NCBI GenBank assembly: GCA_965644295.1
Contig: CBFFRP010000335.1
Span: 124,001-188,000 of the forward strand
Direction: 5' to 3'
DNA: 64,000 nucleotides
Source of the DNA: Paraphysomonas bandaiensis
Taxonomy: Eukaryota > Protista > Chrysophyceae
Shown piece by piece: positions 21,001 to 25,956 of this stretch. The translations under genes and the position numbers were made by a program. The notes under the pieces are model-generated. The model was not told where the DNA came from, searched no databases, and saw only the letters and a list, made by a program, of their open reading frames with translations. Each line of letters begins with the position of its first letter. Within the stretch, counting starts at the first letter, position 1.

Positions 21001-21986
21001 CCAGAATAACCGTACGTATGATATATACCATTCCCATTTCCATAGTGCAGTACTTCTGCAGCATATTGGTCAAAGGACACCGACATATTCCAAAAATAAG
21101 AACAATCTTTACAAACACCAGGAACAGACCATAAATTTTCCGACATAACCAAATCATATGACTCATCAGCACGATTGTACTCAAATACCATACTTGTGTT
21201 ATAACCTCCGTAATACTTCTCCTTTCGAGTGCCATTTTCTATAATCTGAACAGTCCAATGCATCTCCCAAACATACTCCGGAACAGTTTCATTCATACTT
21301 GCCAGGGTAAAATAGTAAAGCTGATCGATATTCAATTCCGAATGATACACACAACCCGACATCTGAGAACAACTACAATCCAGAGAATTACGAATTATGT
21401 TCGAGTCATCATCGCGTATCTGAACCCAATAGTAGAAATCTACTGCATCAGACCAACCATCACCAAATTGATCCAATAATGTCACATACAAACATGTATC
21501 ATTGCTACCAATATTAACTGTATCGCAGTCAGATATACATTCTAACTCATTGTTCAATACAACTGTGCCCAAAGTCGTAGGGGCGGATGATGGTTGTCCG
21601 GATGGAAGAGATGTGGGTGATGAAGAGGGGCATTCAGAGGGCACAGATGTTGGTAAATATGATGGCTGTCCCGATGGAACACCAGAAGGTGAATTAGACG
21701 GTTGTGATGAAGGAGTATATGAGGGTATGCCTGAAGGATATCCACATGGTACATGTGAAGGAGTTCTACTTGGAGACGTGAGTTCACCCGTTGTAAAGTG
21801 AGACGGTGTGATTCTCTCTGATTCATTTTCAGAGTATCTTTCTGCCGTGTTTCCAACCCTTCCCTTCGACGACAACAAAGCATGTTTATGATTGTCATTT
21901 AGCTCTGATGACTGCACATAGTTGTGATATAATATTCCAGTTGGAATCAAAATAATGAATAATAACACACACTTCCACTGTACCAT
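1..21986 (-). CDS. Giant (>7,300 aa, runs off the window) intron-less secreted/surface protein: signal peptide, >=15 Cys-rich DQFGDGW-motif domains and Pro/Ser/Thr mucin-like stalks
   Basis: Manual translation from ATG 21986 gives MVQWKCVLLFIILIPTGILYHNYVQS..., then PSxx repeats, then ELECISDCDTVNIGSNDTCLYVTLLDQFGDGWSDAVDFYYWVQIRDDDSNI...WEMHWTVQ...EKYYGGYNT...CLACLGDGSYIFRSTGACDD...WEFCG. The same frame at positions 3-90 reads ACKSCMADGEYIFRTTGAHDPDAELVSW. The ORF track lists no minus-strand ORF in this frame across 1-22 kb, as expected if there is no stop. All repeat periods (156, 1164, 1191, 1218 bp) are multiples of 3. Confidence 0.92.
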   Translation of the reverse strand, partial: MVQWKCVLLFIILIPTGILYHNYVQSSELNDNHKHALLSSKGRVGNTAERYSENESERITPSHFTTGELTSPSRTPSHVPCGYPSGIPSYTPSSQPSNSPSGVPSGQPSYLPTSVPSECPSSSPTSLPSGQPSSAPTTLGTVVLNNELECISDCDTVNIGSNDTCLYVTLLDQFGDGWSDAVDFYYWVQIRDDDSNIIRNSLDCSCSQMSGCVYHSELNIDQLYYFTLASMNETVPEYVWEMHWTVQIIENGTRKEKYYGGYNTSMVFEYNRADESYDLVMSENLWSVPGVCKDCSYFWNMSVSFDQYAAEVLHYGNGNGIYHTYGYSGGPEGFNGISWYITDLFKTVIYLHEQPFCDESDVLHSNGSEVDCLACLGDGSYIFRSTGACDDRSSRFEWEFCGVSGTGQNELSFVITDGVCHPGAYGDVTGVCSDTLSSNPTSVPSSVPSLLPTGEPTFCPSGSPSGIPSHVPSGYPSVIPSCTPTNRPSLSPSGQPSYLPTSVPSECPSSSPTSLPSGQPSSAPTTLGTVVLNNELECISDCDTVNIGSNDTCLYVTLLDQFGDGWSDAVDFYYWVQIRDDDSNIIRNSLDCSCSQMSGCVYPSELNIDQLYYFTLASMNETVPEYVWEMHWTVQIIENGTRKEKYYGGYNTSMVFEYNRADESYDLVMSENLWSVPGVCKDCSYFWNMSVSFDQYAAEVLHYGNGNGIYHTYGYSGGPEGFNGISWYITDLFKTVIYLHEQPFCDESDVLHSNGSEVDCLACLGDGSYIFRSTGACDDRSSRFEWEFCGVSGTGQNELSFVITDGVCHPGAYGDVTGVCSDTLSSNPTSVPSSVPSLLPTGEPTFCPSGSPSGIPSHVPSGYPSVIPSCTPTNRPSLSPSGQPSYLPTSVPSECPSSSPTSLPSGQPSSAPTTLGTVVLNNELECISDCDTVNIGSNDTCLYVTLLDQFGDGWSDAVDFYYWVQIRDDDSNIIRNSLDCSCSQMSGCVYPSELNIDQLYYFTLASMNETVPEYVWEMHWTVQIIENGTRKEKYYGGYNTSMVFEYNRADESYDLVMSENLWSVPGVCKDCSYFWNMSVSFDQYAAEVLHYGNGNGIYHTYGYSGGPEGFNGISWYITDLFKTVIYLHEQPFCDESDVLHSNGSEVDCLACLGDGSYIFRSTGACDDRSSRFEWEFCGVSGTGQNELSFVITDGVCHPGAYGDVTGVCSDTLSSNPTSVPSSVPSLLPTGEPTFCPSGCPSRIPSVFPSVSPSSLPTFHPSVLPSESPSSIPSCVPSAVPSFSPSTFPSSLPSKHPSTCPSGLPTGNPTELPSGSPTLFPSVYPTLVPSEQPTFLPSDEPTSIPTVLPTSSPSALPSAKPSRVPTYLPTFVPTGIPSGMPSNYPSWWPTFIPSVDPTSSPSQCPSSFPTVQPSGYPTQGPSGEPTLQPSCIPSSIPTFKPSCIPTEKPTSDPSSIPSCCPSRGPTSNPSLMPTCCPSGDPSGGPTYTPSASPSHNPSQLPTEKPTHEPTDNPSGMPTHSPSVLPSSRPSVTPSSCPSTCPSVLPSAIPSSNPSALPSVNPSVEPTSGPSALPSMRPSGRPSMKPSNSPSTLPSTAPTSTPSSVPSLVPSKFPTAFPSTSPSIMPTALSTITLNNTLECASNCSIPDEHKAVTCLFVTLLDQFGDGWSDAVDFYYWVQIRDDESNIIRNSLDCSCSQMSGCVYPSELNIDQLYYFTLASMNETVPEYVWEMHWTVQIIENGTRKEKYYGGYNTSMVFEYNRADESYDFVLSDNLRMPSRLCTTCNSSLKWPVKYQDYVESVSYKGDGSMSTHGSTSTQLYTSSWYVTDINKELLYAHETVFCDNMLYPNGSEVDCLACLGDGSYIFRSTGACDDRSSRFEWEFCGVSGTGQNELTFVITDGVCHPGAYGDVTGVCSDTLSSNPTGVPSSVPSLLPTNHPTGEPSGEPTSIPSSLPSGEPTGQPSSVPSNVPTSLPSGDPTGEPSSVPSSLPTGEPSGEPTSIPSSLPSGEPTGQPSSVPSNVPTSLPSGDPTGDPSSSPTAEPSNSPSGVPSGQPSYLPTSVPSKCPSSSPTSLPSLFYITAPTTLGTVVLNNELECISDCDTVNIGSNDTCLYVTLLDQFGDGWSDAVDFYYWVQIHDDDSNIIRNSLDCSCSQMSGCVYPSELNIDQLYYFTLLGIDANGSVSVVAEYPWEMHWTIQVIENGTRKEKYYGGYNTSMVFEYNRADESYDLVMSENLWSVPGVCKDCSYFWNMSVSFDQYAAEVLHYGNGNGIYHTYGYSGGPEGFNGISWYITDLFKTVIYLHEQPFCDESDVLHSNGSEVDCLACLGDGSYIFRSTGACDDRSSRFEWEFCGVSGTGQNELSFVITDGVCHPGAYGDVTGVCSDTLSSNPTSVPSSVPSLLPTGEPTFCPSGSPSGIPSHVPSGYPSGIPSYTPSSQPSNSPSGVPSGQPSYLPTSVPSECPSSSPTSLPSGQPSSAPTTLGTVVLNNELECISDCDTVNIGSNDTCLYVTLLDQFGDGWSDAVDFYYWVQIRDDDSNIIRNSLDCSCSQMSGCVYPSELNIDQLYYFTLLGIDANGSVSVVAEYPWEMHWTIQVIENGTRKEKYYGGYNTSMVFEYNRADESYDLVMSENLWSVPGVCKDCSYFWNMSVSFDQYAAEVLHYGNGNGIYHTYGYSGGPEGFNGISWYITDLFKTVIYLHEQPFCDESDVLHSNGSEVDCLACLGDGSYIFRSTGACDDRSSRFEWEFCGVSGTGQNELSFVITDGVCHPGAYGDVTGVCSDTLSSNPTSVPSSVPSLLPTGEPTFCPSGSPSGIPSHVPSGYPSGIPSYTPSSQPSNSPSGVPSGQPSYLPTSVPSECPSSSPTSLPSGQPSSAPTTLGTVVLNNELECISDCDTVNIGSNDTCLYVTLLDQFGDGWSDAVDFYYWVQIRDDDSNIIRNSLDCSCSQMSGCVYPSELNIDQLYYFTLLGIDANGSVSVVAEYPWEMHWTIQVIENGTRKEKYYGGYNTSMVFEYNRADESYDLVMSENLWSVPGVCKDCSYFWNMSVSFDQYAAEVLHYGNGNGIYHTYGYSGGPEGFNGISWYITDLFKTVIYLHEQPFCDESDVLHSNGSEVDCLACLGDGSYIFRSTGACDDRSSRFEWEFCGVSGTGQNELSFVITDGVCHPGAYGDVTGVCSDTLSSNPTSVPSSVPSLLPTGEPTFCPSGSPSGIPSHVPSGYPSGIPSYTPSSQPSNSPSGVPSGQPSYLPTSVPSECPSSSPTSLPSGQPSSAPTTLGTVVLNNELECISDCDTVNIGSNDTCLYVTLLDQFGDGWSDAVDFYYWVQIRDDDSNIIRNSLDCSCSQMSGCVYPSELNIDQLYYFTLLGIDANGSVSVVAEYPWEMHWTIQVIENGTRKEKYYGGYNTSMVFEYNRADESYDLVMSENLWSVPGVCKDCSYFWNMSVSFDQYAAEVLHYGNGNGIYHTYGYSGGPEGFNGISWYITDLFKTVIYLHEQPFCDESDVLHSNGSEVDCLACLGDGSYIFRSTGACDDRSSRFEWEFCGVSGTGQNELSFVITDGVCHPGAYGDVTGVCSDTLSSNPTGVPSSVPSLLPTGEPTFCPSGSPSGIPSHVPSGYPTVLGSVVLDDVLDCASNISLYTSYENSTCLLLSVMDQFGDGWSNETQFHYWVQIRDDDSNIVSNTLDCSCLLMSGCLYPSDLNIDQLYHFTLVASNFYDELVVPDHFWEMQWTVELVVNGTRTEKYYGGFNTSMVFLYDRTMESYDLIWSQNLWSYHDDCSGVSSLSESFPNNTLGEFTNLVNESDGYWNIALSVFDQADPTVLYLYSHSWCTTNISSILSDLDGLADGFYTLRTAGAFDANSESVTWDFCGVIGTSQFEFQFSVLNGMCYPGAYGNVDQICNGNISPAPTIIPSGQPSAHPSNCPSSTPTAIPTMLPSGSPSWQPSSFPSSTPTSIPSALPTAVPTALGTVVLNNELECSGADISSIYVTTNDTCLYVTLLDQFGDGWSDAVDFYYWVQIRDDDSNIIRNSLDCSCSQMSGCVYPSELNIDQLYYFTLASMNETVPEYVWEMHWTVQIIENGTRKEKYYGGYNTSIAFQYSGQDRSFDMVWSENTYATPMPCEYCVNLITSLESFLAIPLNEDGIRCTPQWYIANATTTEIHAYGIISSMGISDCVYGNLLDGIYTLRITHTTTSLQKQEWEFCGVSGTGQNELTFVITDGVCHPGAYGDVTGVCSDTLSSNPTSVPSSVPSLLPTGKPTSIPSGEPTWLPTTSPSYLPTSVPSECPSSSPTSLPSGQPSSAPTTLGTVVLNNELECISDCDTVNIGSNDTCLYVTLLDQFGDGWSDAVDFYYWVQIRDDDSNIIRNSLDCSCSQMSGCVYPSELNIDQLYFFTLASMNETVPEYVWEMHWTVQIIENGTRKEKYYGGYNTSMVFEYNRADESYDFVLSDNLRMPSRLCTTCNSSLKWPVKYQDYLESVSYKGDGSMSTHGSTSTQLYTSSWYVTDINKELLYAHETVFCDNMLYPNGSEVDCLACLGDGSYIFRSTGACDDRSSRFEWEFCGVSGTGQNELTFVITDGVCHPGAYGDVTGVCSDTLSSNPTGVPSSVPSLLPTNHPTGEPSGEPTSIPSSLPSGEPTGQPSSVPSNVPTSLPSGDPTGEPSSVPSSLPTGEPSGEPTSIPSSLPSGEPTGQPSSVPSNVPTSLPSGDPTGEPSSVPSSLPTGEPSGEPTSIPSSLPSGEPTGQPSSVPSNVPTSLPSGDPTGEPSSVPSSLPTGEPSGEPTSIPSSLPSGEPTGQPSSVPSNVPTSLPSGDPTGEPSSVPSSLPTGEPSGEPTSIPSSLPSGEPTGQPSSVPSNVPTSLPSGDPTGEPSSVPSSLPTGEPSGEPTSIPSSLPSGEPTGQPSSVPSNVPTSLPSGDPTGEPSSVPSSLPTGEPSGEPTSIPSSLPSGEPTGQPSSVPSNVPTSLPSGDPTGEPSSVPSSLPTGEPSGEPTSIPSSLPSGEPTGQPSSVPSNVPTSLPSGDPTGEPSSVPSSLPTGEPSGEPTSIPSSLPSGEPTGQPSSVPSNVPTSLPSGDPTGEPSSVPSSLPTGEPSGEPTSIPSSLPSGEPTGQPSSVPSNVPTSLPSGDPTGEPSSVPSSLPTGEPSGEPTSIPSSLPSGEPTGQPSSVPSNVPTSLPSGDPTGEPSSVPSSLPTGEPSGEPTSIPSSLPSGEPTGQPSSVPSNVPTSLPSGDPTGEPSSVPSSLPTGEPSGEPTSIPSSLPSGEPTGQPSSVPSNVPTSLPSGDPTGEPSSVPSSLPTGEPSGEPTSIPSSLPSGEPTGQPSSVPSNVPTSLPSGDPTGEPSSVPSSLPTGEPSGEPTSIPSSLPSGEPTGQPSSVPSNVPTSLPSGDPTGEPSSVPSSLPTGEPSGEPTSIPSSLPSGEPTGQPSSVPSNVPTSLPSGDPTGEPSSVPSSLPTGEPSGEPTSIPSSLPSGEPTGQPSSVPSNVPTSLPSGDPTGEPSSVPSSLPTGEPSGEPTSIPSSLPSGEPTGQPSSVPSNVPTSLPSGDPTGEPSSVPSSLPTGEPSGEPTSIPSSLPSGEPTGQPSSVPSNVPTSLPSGDPTGEPSSVPSSLPTGEPSGEPTSIPSSLPSGEPTGQPSSVPSNVPTSLPSGDPTGEPSSVPSSLPTGEPSGEPTSIPSSLPSGEPTGQPSSVPSNVPTSLPSGDPTGEPSSVPSSLPTGEPSGEPTSIPSSLPSGEPTGQPSSVPSNVPTSLPSGDPTGEPSSVPSSLPTGEPSGEPTSIPSSLPSGEPTGQPSSVPSNVPTSLPSGDPTGEPSSVPSSLPTGEPSGEPTSIPSSLPSGEPTGQPSSVPSNVPTSLPSGDPTGEPSSVPSSLPTGEPSGEPTSIPSSLPSGSPSWIPSAIPSSNPTILGTLSLVNVLECSDCSDSDGAYNETCLYISAFDQFGDGWGNETKLYYWAQVRDDESNIVSNSLNCQCPKLSGCLPPSDLNVDQLYHFNLFSTDSDGKSIVPEYYWEIHWTVQIVEGGVWKEKYYGGYNTTLTFAFNRMDGSYSLLNSQNVWKYPSVCHDCLTTGDNSLDMFWGNVLHSSTPITYGYGPNISTGEYMTLGWYIVDANETSTITAYGSPSCNAEGNESRCSCCLPDGEYLYKTTGACDSDSDWELWEFCGISGTSQFQLRFTIVDGKCTPGAQGGVDQVCSDSLSASPTLLPSFEPSETPSAAPSCRPSVGPTSIPTIEPTSIPSSLPSGEPTGQPSSVPSNVPTSLPSGDPTGEPSSVPSSLPTGEPSGEPTSIPSSLPSGSPSWIPSAIPSSNPTILGTLSLVNVLECSDCSDSDGAYNETCLYISAFDQFGDGWGNETKLYYWAQVRDDESNIVSNSLNCQCPKLSGCLPPSDLNVDQLYHFNLFSTDSDGKSIVPEYYWEIHWTVQIVEGGVWKEKYYGGYNTTLTFAFNRMDGSYSLLNSQNVWKYPSVCHDCLTTGDNSLDVFWGNVLHSSTPITYGYGPNISTGEYMTLGWYIVDANETSTITAYGSPSCNAEGNESRCSCCLPDGEYLYKTTGACDSDSDWELWEFCGISGTSQFQLRFTIVDGKCTPGAQGGVDQVCSDSLSASPTLLPSFEPSETPSAAPSCRPSVGPTSIPTFEPTSIPSSLPSGEPTGQPSSVPSNVPTSLPSGDPTGEPSSVPSSLPTGEPSGEPTSIPSSLPSGSPSWIPSAIPSSNPTILGTLSLVNVLECSDCSDSDGAYNETCLYISAFDQFGDGWGNETKLYYWAQVRDDESNIVSNSLNCQCPKLSGCLPPSDLNVDQLYHFNLFSTDSDGKSIVPEYYWEIHWTVQIVEGGVWKEKYYGGYNTTLTFAFNRMDGSYSLLNSQNVWKYPSVCHDCLTTGDNSLDVFWGNVLHSSTPITYGYGPNISTGEYMTLGWYIVDANETSTITAYGSPSCNAEGNESRCSCCLPDGEYLYKTTGACDSDSDWELWEFCGISGTSQFQLRFTIVDGKCTPGAQGGVDQVCSDSLSASPTLLPSFEPSETPSAAPSCRPSVGPTPIPSYAPSFVPTPFPPFILHDILEYPPAVSKPTGLYITLYDQFGDGWPHSINFTYYATMRNGPSSSTKLSANQHQHTTSADSIQPSAQVYQSNLIKTGLKFNESIRGGMLVPLNVPYDQSYYFELDDGVVSHPALFWEVHWTVQIVENGVWRNKYYGGYGTHVVFNFDYISQSYTIDSWKNLWIYPENCGSTCFSFNVDTHIYADEFFMDFTNSGNTSLGDSADSSLNVTSSEFLRTGWYITDAENKSVLFAYGKPYCSEFYEGGDHTTACKSCMADGEYIFRTTGAHDPDAELVSW
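900..4340 (-). repeat. Three near-identical 1218-bp domain+linker units (domain copies 12-14 of the giant protein)
   Basis: Near-identical shadow ORFs at 1659, 2877 and 4095 (period 1218). Confidence 0.92.
4342..8141 (-). repeat. 156-bp coding tandem array, ~24 copies, encoding PTSIPSSLPSGEPTGQPSSVPSNVPTSLPSGDPTGEPSSVPSSLPTGEPSGE (13 P-[ST]-x-x tetrapeptides)
   Basis: Exact 156-bp periodicity. The only variant I noticed is ccctgtT/Cggt (copies near 6051, 6987, 7143, 7455, 7611), which is synonymous (Pro CCA/CCG) in the giant ORF frame. Confidence 0.95.
11130..15740 (-). repeat. Four near-identical 1191-bp domain+linker units (domain copies 5-8)
   Basis: Shadow ORFs repeat at 11505, 12696, 13887 and 15078 (period 1191). 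Confidence 0.92.
18270..21680 (-). repeat. Three near-identical 1164-bp domain+linker units (domain copies 1-3)
   Basis: Shadow ORFs repeat at 19174, 20338 and 21502 (period 1164). Confidence 0.92.
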
Positions 21987-24388
21987 CTTCAGGCGTAGAT
22001 ACTTGTGGGTAACATCTATAAACGCTGAACGCTAAAGCGATACGACAAGATTATCACATTCGATTTATGACAGTACACGGACTCAAGACATAAGCATTTG
22101 GGTTATAAATGAGATTGAATCAATGCAGGCGAGTAGTGTGGATACTTACAAACAGACCGCTTGACTGTTATATCCAAATAGGCTACCGTACCATATCGCT
22201 CAGCTGATTCGGAAATACAGTACTGTACTGTGTATCCATACTTTCAAAAGGAGGTTGTACGAATGTACTGGGCTGTATTTCGCTCTCTAAACCGCCCTTT
22301 TTATGTGGACAAATTGAAATATCGGGATTTCTTTCGCGTTTTCACGACTTTTACCAGGCTTTGTTATATCGATACTGGCTGCTACTGTGTATTGTACAGA
22401 GTATCTAGATATGCTGCACTGTGCTGTTGTGGTTGAACTTACCGCCGTATATCTGGAACTACAACAGAGGCAGGGAGCGAGAAGCTTTGATGGGAGAACT
22501 CGAGAACTGTGTGTGATTCATCTCAGTGAGGAGAATCAGTTTATTGGTGTTTATGCTACGAGTGAATATGAATGTTACTGACCTTTCTTAGGCTAAAGCA
22601 ATTCAACACAGTACTGAGAGGAATTTTTGTTCAGTGAAATAACCCTCAGTCGATTCAGTAGTAGATGACTCCAATTTCACGCAGATTATATTAGTTTTCG
22701 TCAACGCTGATGATGTCAATGAATTCTAAATTCTCTGTGTGCCATATGATTGAGCGCAGTACGACTAGCTGTTCGAACAGCGACAGCATCCCATCTTATG
22801 CTCTTTTGGAAGATTCACTGGGTAGTTCAAATTGTTGAAAATGATTTGAGGAAAAAGAAATACACACGTGTTCTGTTTGACTCACTACTCCATTCGTGCC
22901 ACTACTACGGATATGGAGAAGAGTCTAGATGAGCCTGTATTTCTTTATATATAAAGCAAGGAGTATTTCAGCAGTCCAATGTCCTTATATGTATAAAATC
23001 TTATTAATGCTATCATCGTCAATAATGGAGTGGGGTATGTAATTAGTATGCATTTCGAATCAACGAAACTAGTGTAGTAAATCTGTGAAGTTTTGAGATA
23101 TGCAAATGCGAGTAAAATCGGACTATTCGAACGACTACAGCCACGTGCATACACTTGGCCATGAAATAGTTTATATTGAGTATTGTTGCATAAACACTTT
23201 TGAGTTTTCAATGTCTGCATTCATTAATTGATGGCTAGGTGAATACCATAAACACCTAGTCAATGTAAACGTAAGTATGAATTATTTGATGACTAGAGTT
23301 TCAACCCCTTGATTGGTTTTTACACTATATTTGCTGTGATTAGGAAATGACTACATCCAACGATCCAACAATAGCTCCCAAGTTAATATCGTTGTTGCCT
23401 TCAGATTTTAGTTTCAATATAAATTCTTGATTACTATTAAATGTTATCACCATTTTATTTTTAAAAGTGATTTTTTGATCTGAATTGGGTTCAACGGAAC
23501 ACTCGTATTAGCACCGGGTATTTCAGACACCCAACTTCAATACTCGGTTCGAACAGAAACTCTCTTCTATGTTAATTATGGTATTGGCAGTAATTTGAAT
23601 GTGTTTTTTATGACAATAATCAATTGTAGGGAAATCACAATGATGAGCCCAATACTAAAGATAGGAGCTTTACACACTCCACGTCCTAATCCATCCCCAT
23701 CTTTCGTCTGATGTAGAAGATCATAATGATGTTAGTGTAAGCGATATATCTTCAAAAGAATACTTACACGAGTATTACAATTAGAGAAACAGAGAGACCA
23801 GAATTGATTGGAGTAGCACTTGTGATAAATGAAAAAAATCGAGAGGTATAACTGTAAGAAGAGTATTCATATAATATATTGTGATGTTATATCGTCATTT
23901 ATTGCTCGCACTTGCACAGTACGACATATTGACTGTGAACTCTTTATAAAGATTTCTTAAAATTGCCATCCATTACTTCTATATTCTCCAGGATTCCTAC
24001 TTCATGCCATATCCCCTGGAGACAGTAAACATACGGGGCGGTGCGCTCGTGTCCGGCCAGGCTGGTCAACGGTACTGCTTGGTGTATTTGTATTCCGTTT
24101 CACATTTCAGCAAATGATGTAGGGCTGAAGTACGAAGTGTATTCCTCTGTATTTCTCCAAGAATTCTTGGATGATACTATTTGCTCTAAAATTGTTGGTT
24201 GGATACACACACATACATCTAGAGGCTTCCCATCTGTACATCTGTCCATACACACATATATATGCATGGGTTATTTCCTTCGTCCTAATCATCGCTAACA
24301 AACTCTGTTACTTCACCTGTCATCTCCTGCGTCCTGCTAGGGGATCTACGCATAATGCCCATGAATTAGCGGCATAAGAGGCGTATAT

Positions 24389-25143
24389 ATGACAATGACT
24401 GACGAGGAGATGTGTAAGAGCTTATTTGTGGGTTCATGCAGCCCGAACCCCAGTAAGAGGAGCAACACTTTTAACAGAAGCTGCATACGAAGACATTCAG
24501 ACCCTCTTCTAACATCTTCTGGCGAAGGAGAAGAGTGGAAGAATCTGTTTAAGGGTAGATCTGACGACAATTTGGCTAGTGATGAGTACAGTATATACGA
24601 GACGTTCTTGCCACGCACTGAGTCTCTGGATGCACGTATTCCGGTATCACCGGGGTCAGTACAAGTCATGAGGCGAGAGTTCATGCTACCTAGCGTTTCT
24701 CATTCTCGCAGTAAAAGTGCGAAGCAGCGTCAGAGCCATAGAGCAATTCTTCAACCAATTATGGAGCAGAAGGACAATGAAAGCTCTGAATCTCCTAGTC
24801 AGAGCCCCAAGCCTATTAAGAAAAGCATGGTATACTCTTCCAGTTTTAGTAATGCAAATTATGAATGGTGTCTTTGTAGGCTCGTTCGTTGCTTTCGTTT
24901 TCTTATCGCTCCAGCCGAGCACATACGCCAGGAAAAGAGAAAGATTGGGAGTCGAAAAAGCCTCATGCGACGAAGAAAAGCTCTGTCATACCAATAATGC
25001 GCCCACTTACTCCGGACACTGCCTTACGATCGAATTCTCCGGAGAAACATCGCAGTACAGTAACCGTCCAAGCGGATACTAAAATTAACCCAACCCGTAG
25101 AAGATCATCTCTGTCGTCTATTCTTCCGTTTTTGAAATCTTAA
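24389..25143 (+). CDS. Hypothetical Ser/Arg/Lys-rich, probably disordered protein (~234 aa, 2 exons)
   Basis: ORF from 24389 (MTMTDEEMCKSLF...) joins the 24880-25143 frame (ARSLLSFSYRSS...ILPFLKS) through a phase-0 GT-AG intron at 24830-24879. No family recognised. Confidence 0.55.
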
Positions 25144-25956
25144 CTGCCTTGGTCATACCGTCAAAGAACTGTAAATACTGTGATGTTTTTCTATAGTTTG
25201 CTACATATATAAACTGACTAGGTCGCTATATCTATATGATTTATAATTATGTTGTGTTTGGTGAAAATGATTTCCTGCTATACCGATCTTAAATTATAAA
25301 CTTTATTTAATTGGATGTCGTACTATGCATGGCAAGCCACTAGAAAGGAATATTAACATATAACATATTGTATGCTTACTTAGTACCAGTCTTGAGTTCC
25401 GCCCACGTTTTCGTCCTGTGTGTGTTCTTGCTTAGAATGCTATAGAAAAGGTAGTCATGTTCATCATATAGTTGTTTGATGCAAGAGTGTCAAACAGGAT
25501 TGAGAATTTTAAATTTAGTATCTGCCGACATTTTTTGCCATTATTGCGCAATTGCGACAACCACAGATTTATTGCGAAGAAATGGGCTCCTCAGTCCTGT
25601 TACTTTATTAGTGTATTAATTCATTTTCTCTGTTATTAAGTTATTAGTGCAAGCAACACGATAGTGCTGTAACCCGCGAACTATCAACTAGACGATATTA
25701 CATTACCCACGAGTACAACAGCGAATAGGGACCATCATAGCAATTTCAATTGCTGACATAGCTACTATGATAGACACAATATAATCATACATTATTTTAA
25801 CATTGTGCCGAATTTCAGTGTCACGATTTCTATATCGCTCGATTGCAATTATATCAGTAATATAATAGTGAGTGTCACTAATATAGAGTACTCCTTCTGG
25901 CAACACCAATGCAATGACAAGATAGAGTAAGTAGTGCACTAACTACACCGTATTAC

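Noticed and set aside
22230-24380. Short ORFs upstream of the giant gene
   Set aside because: No recognisable motifs or consistent splice model; probably intergenic.
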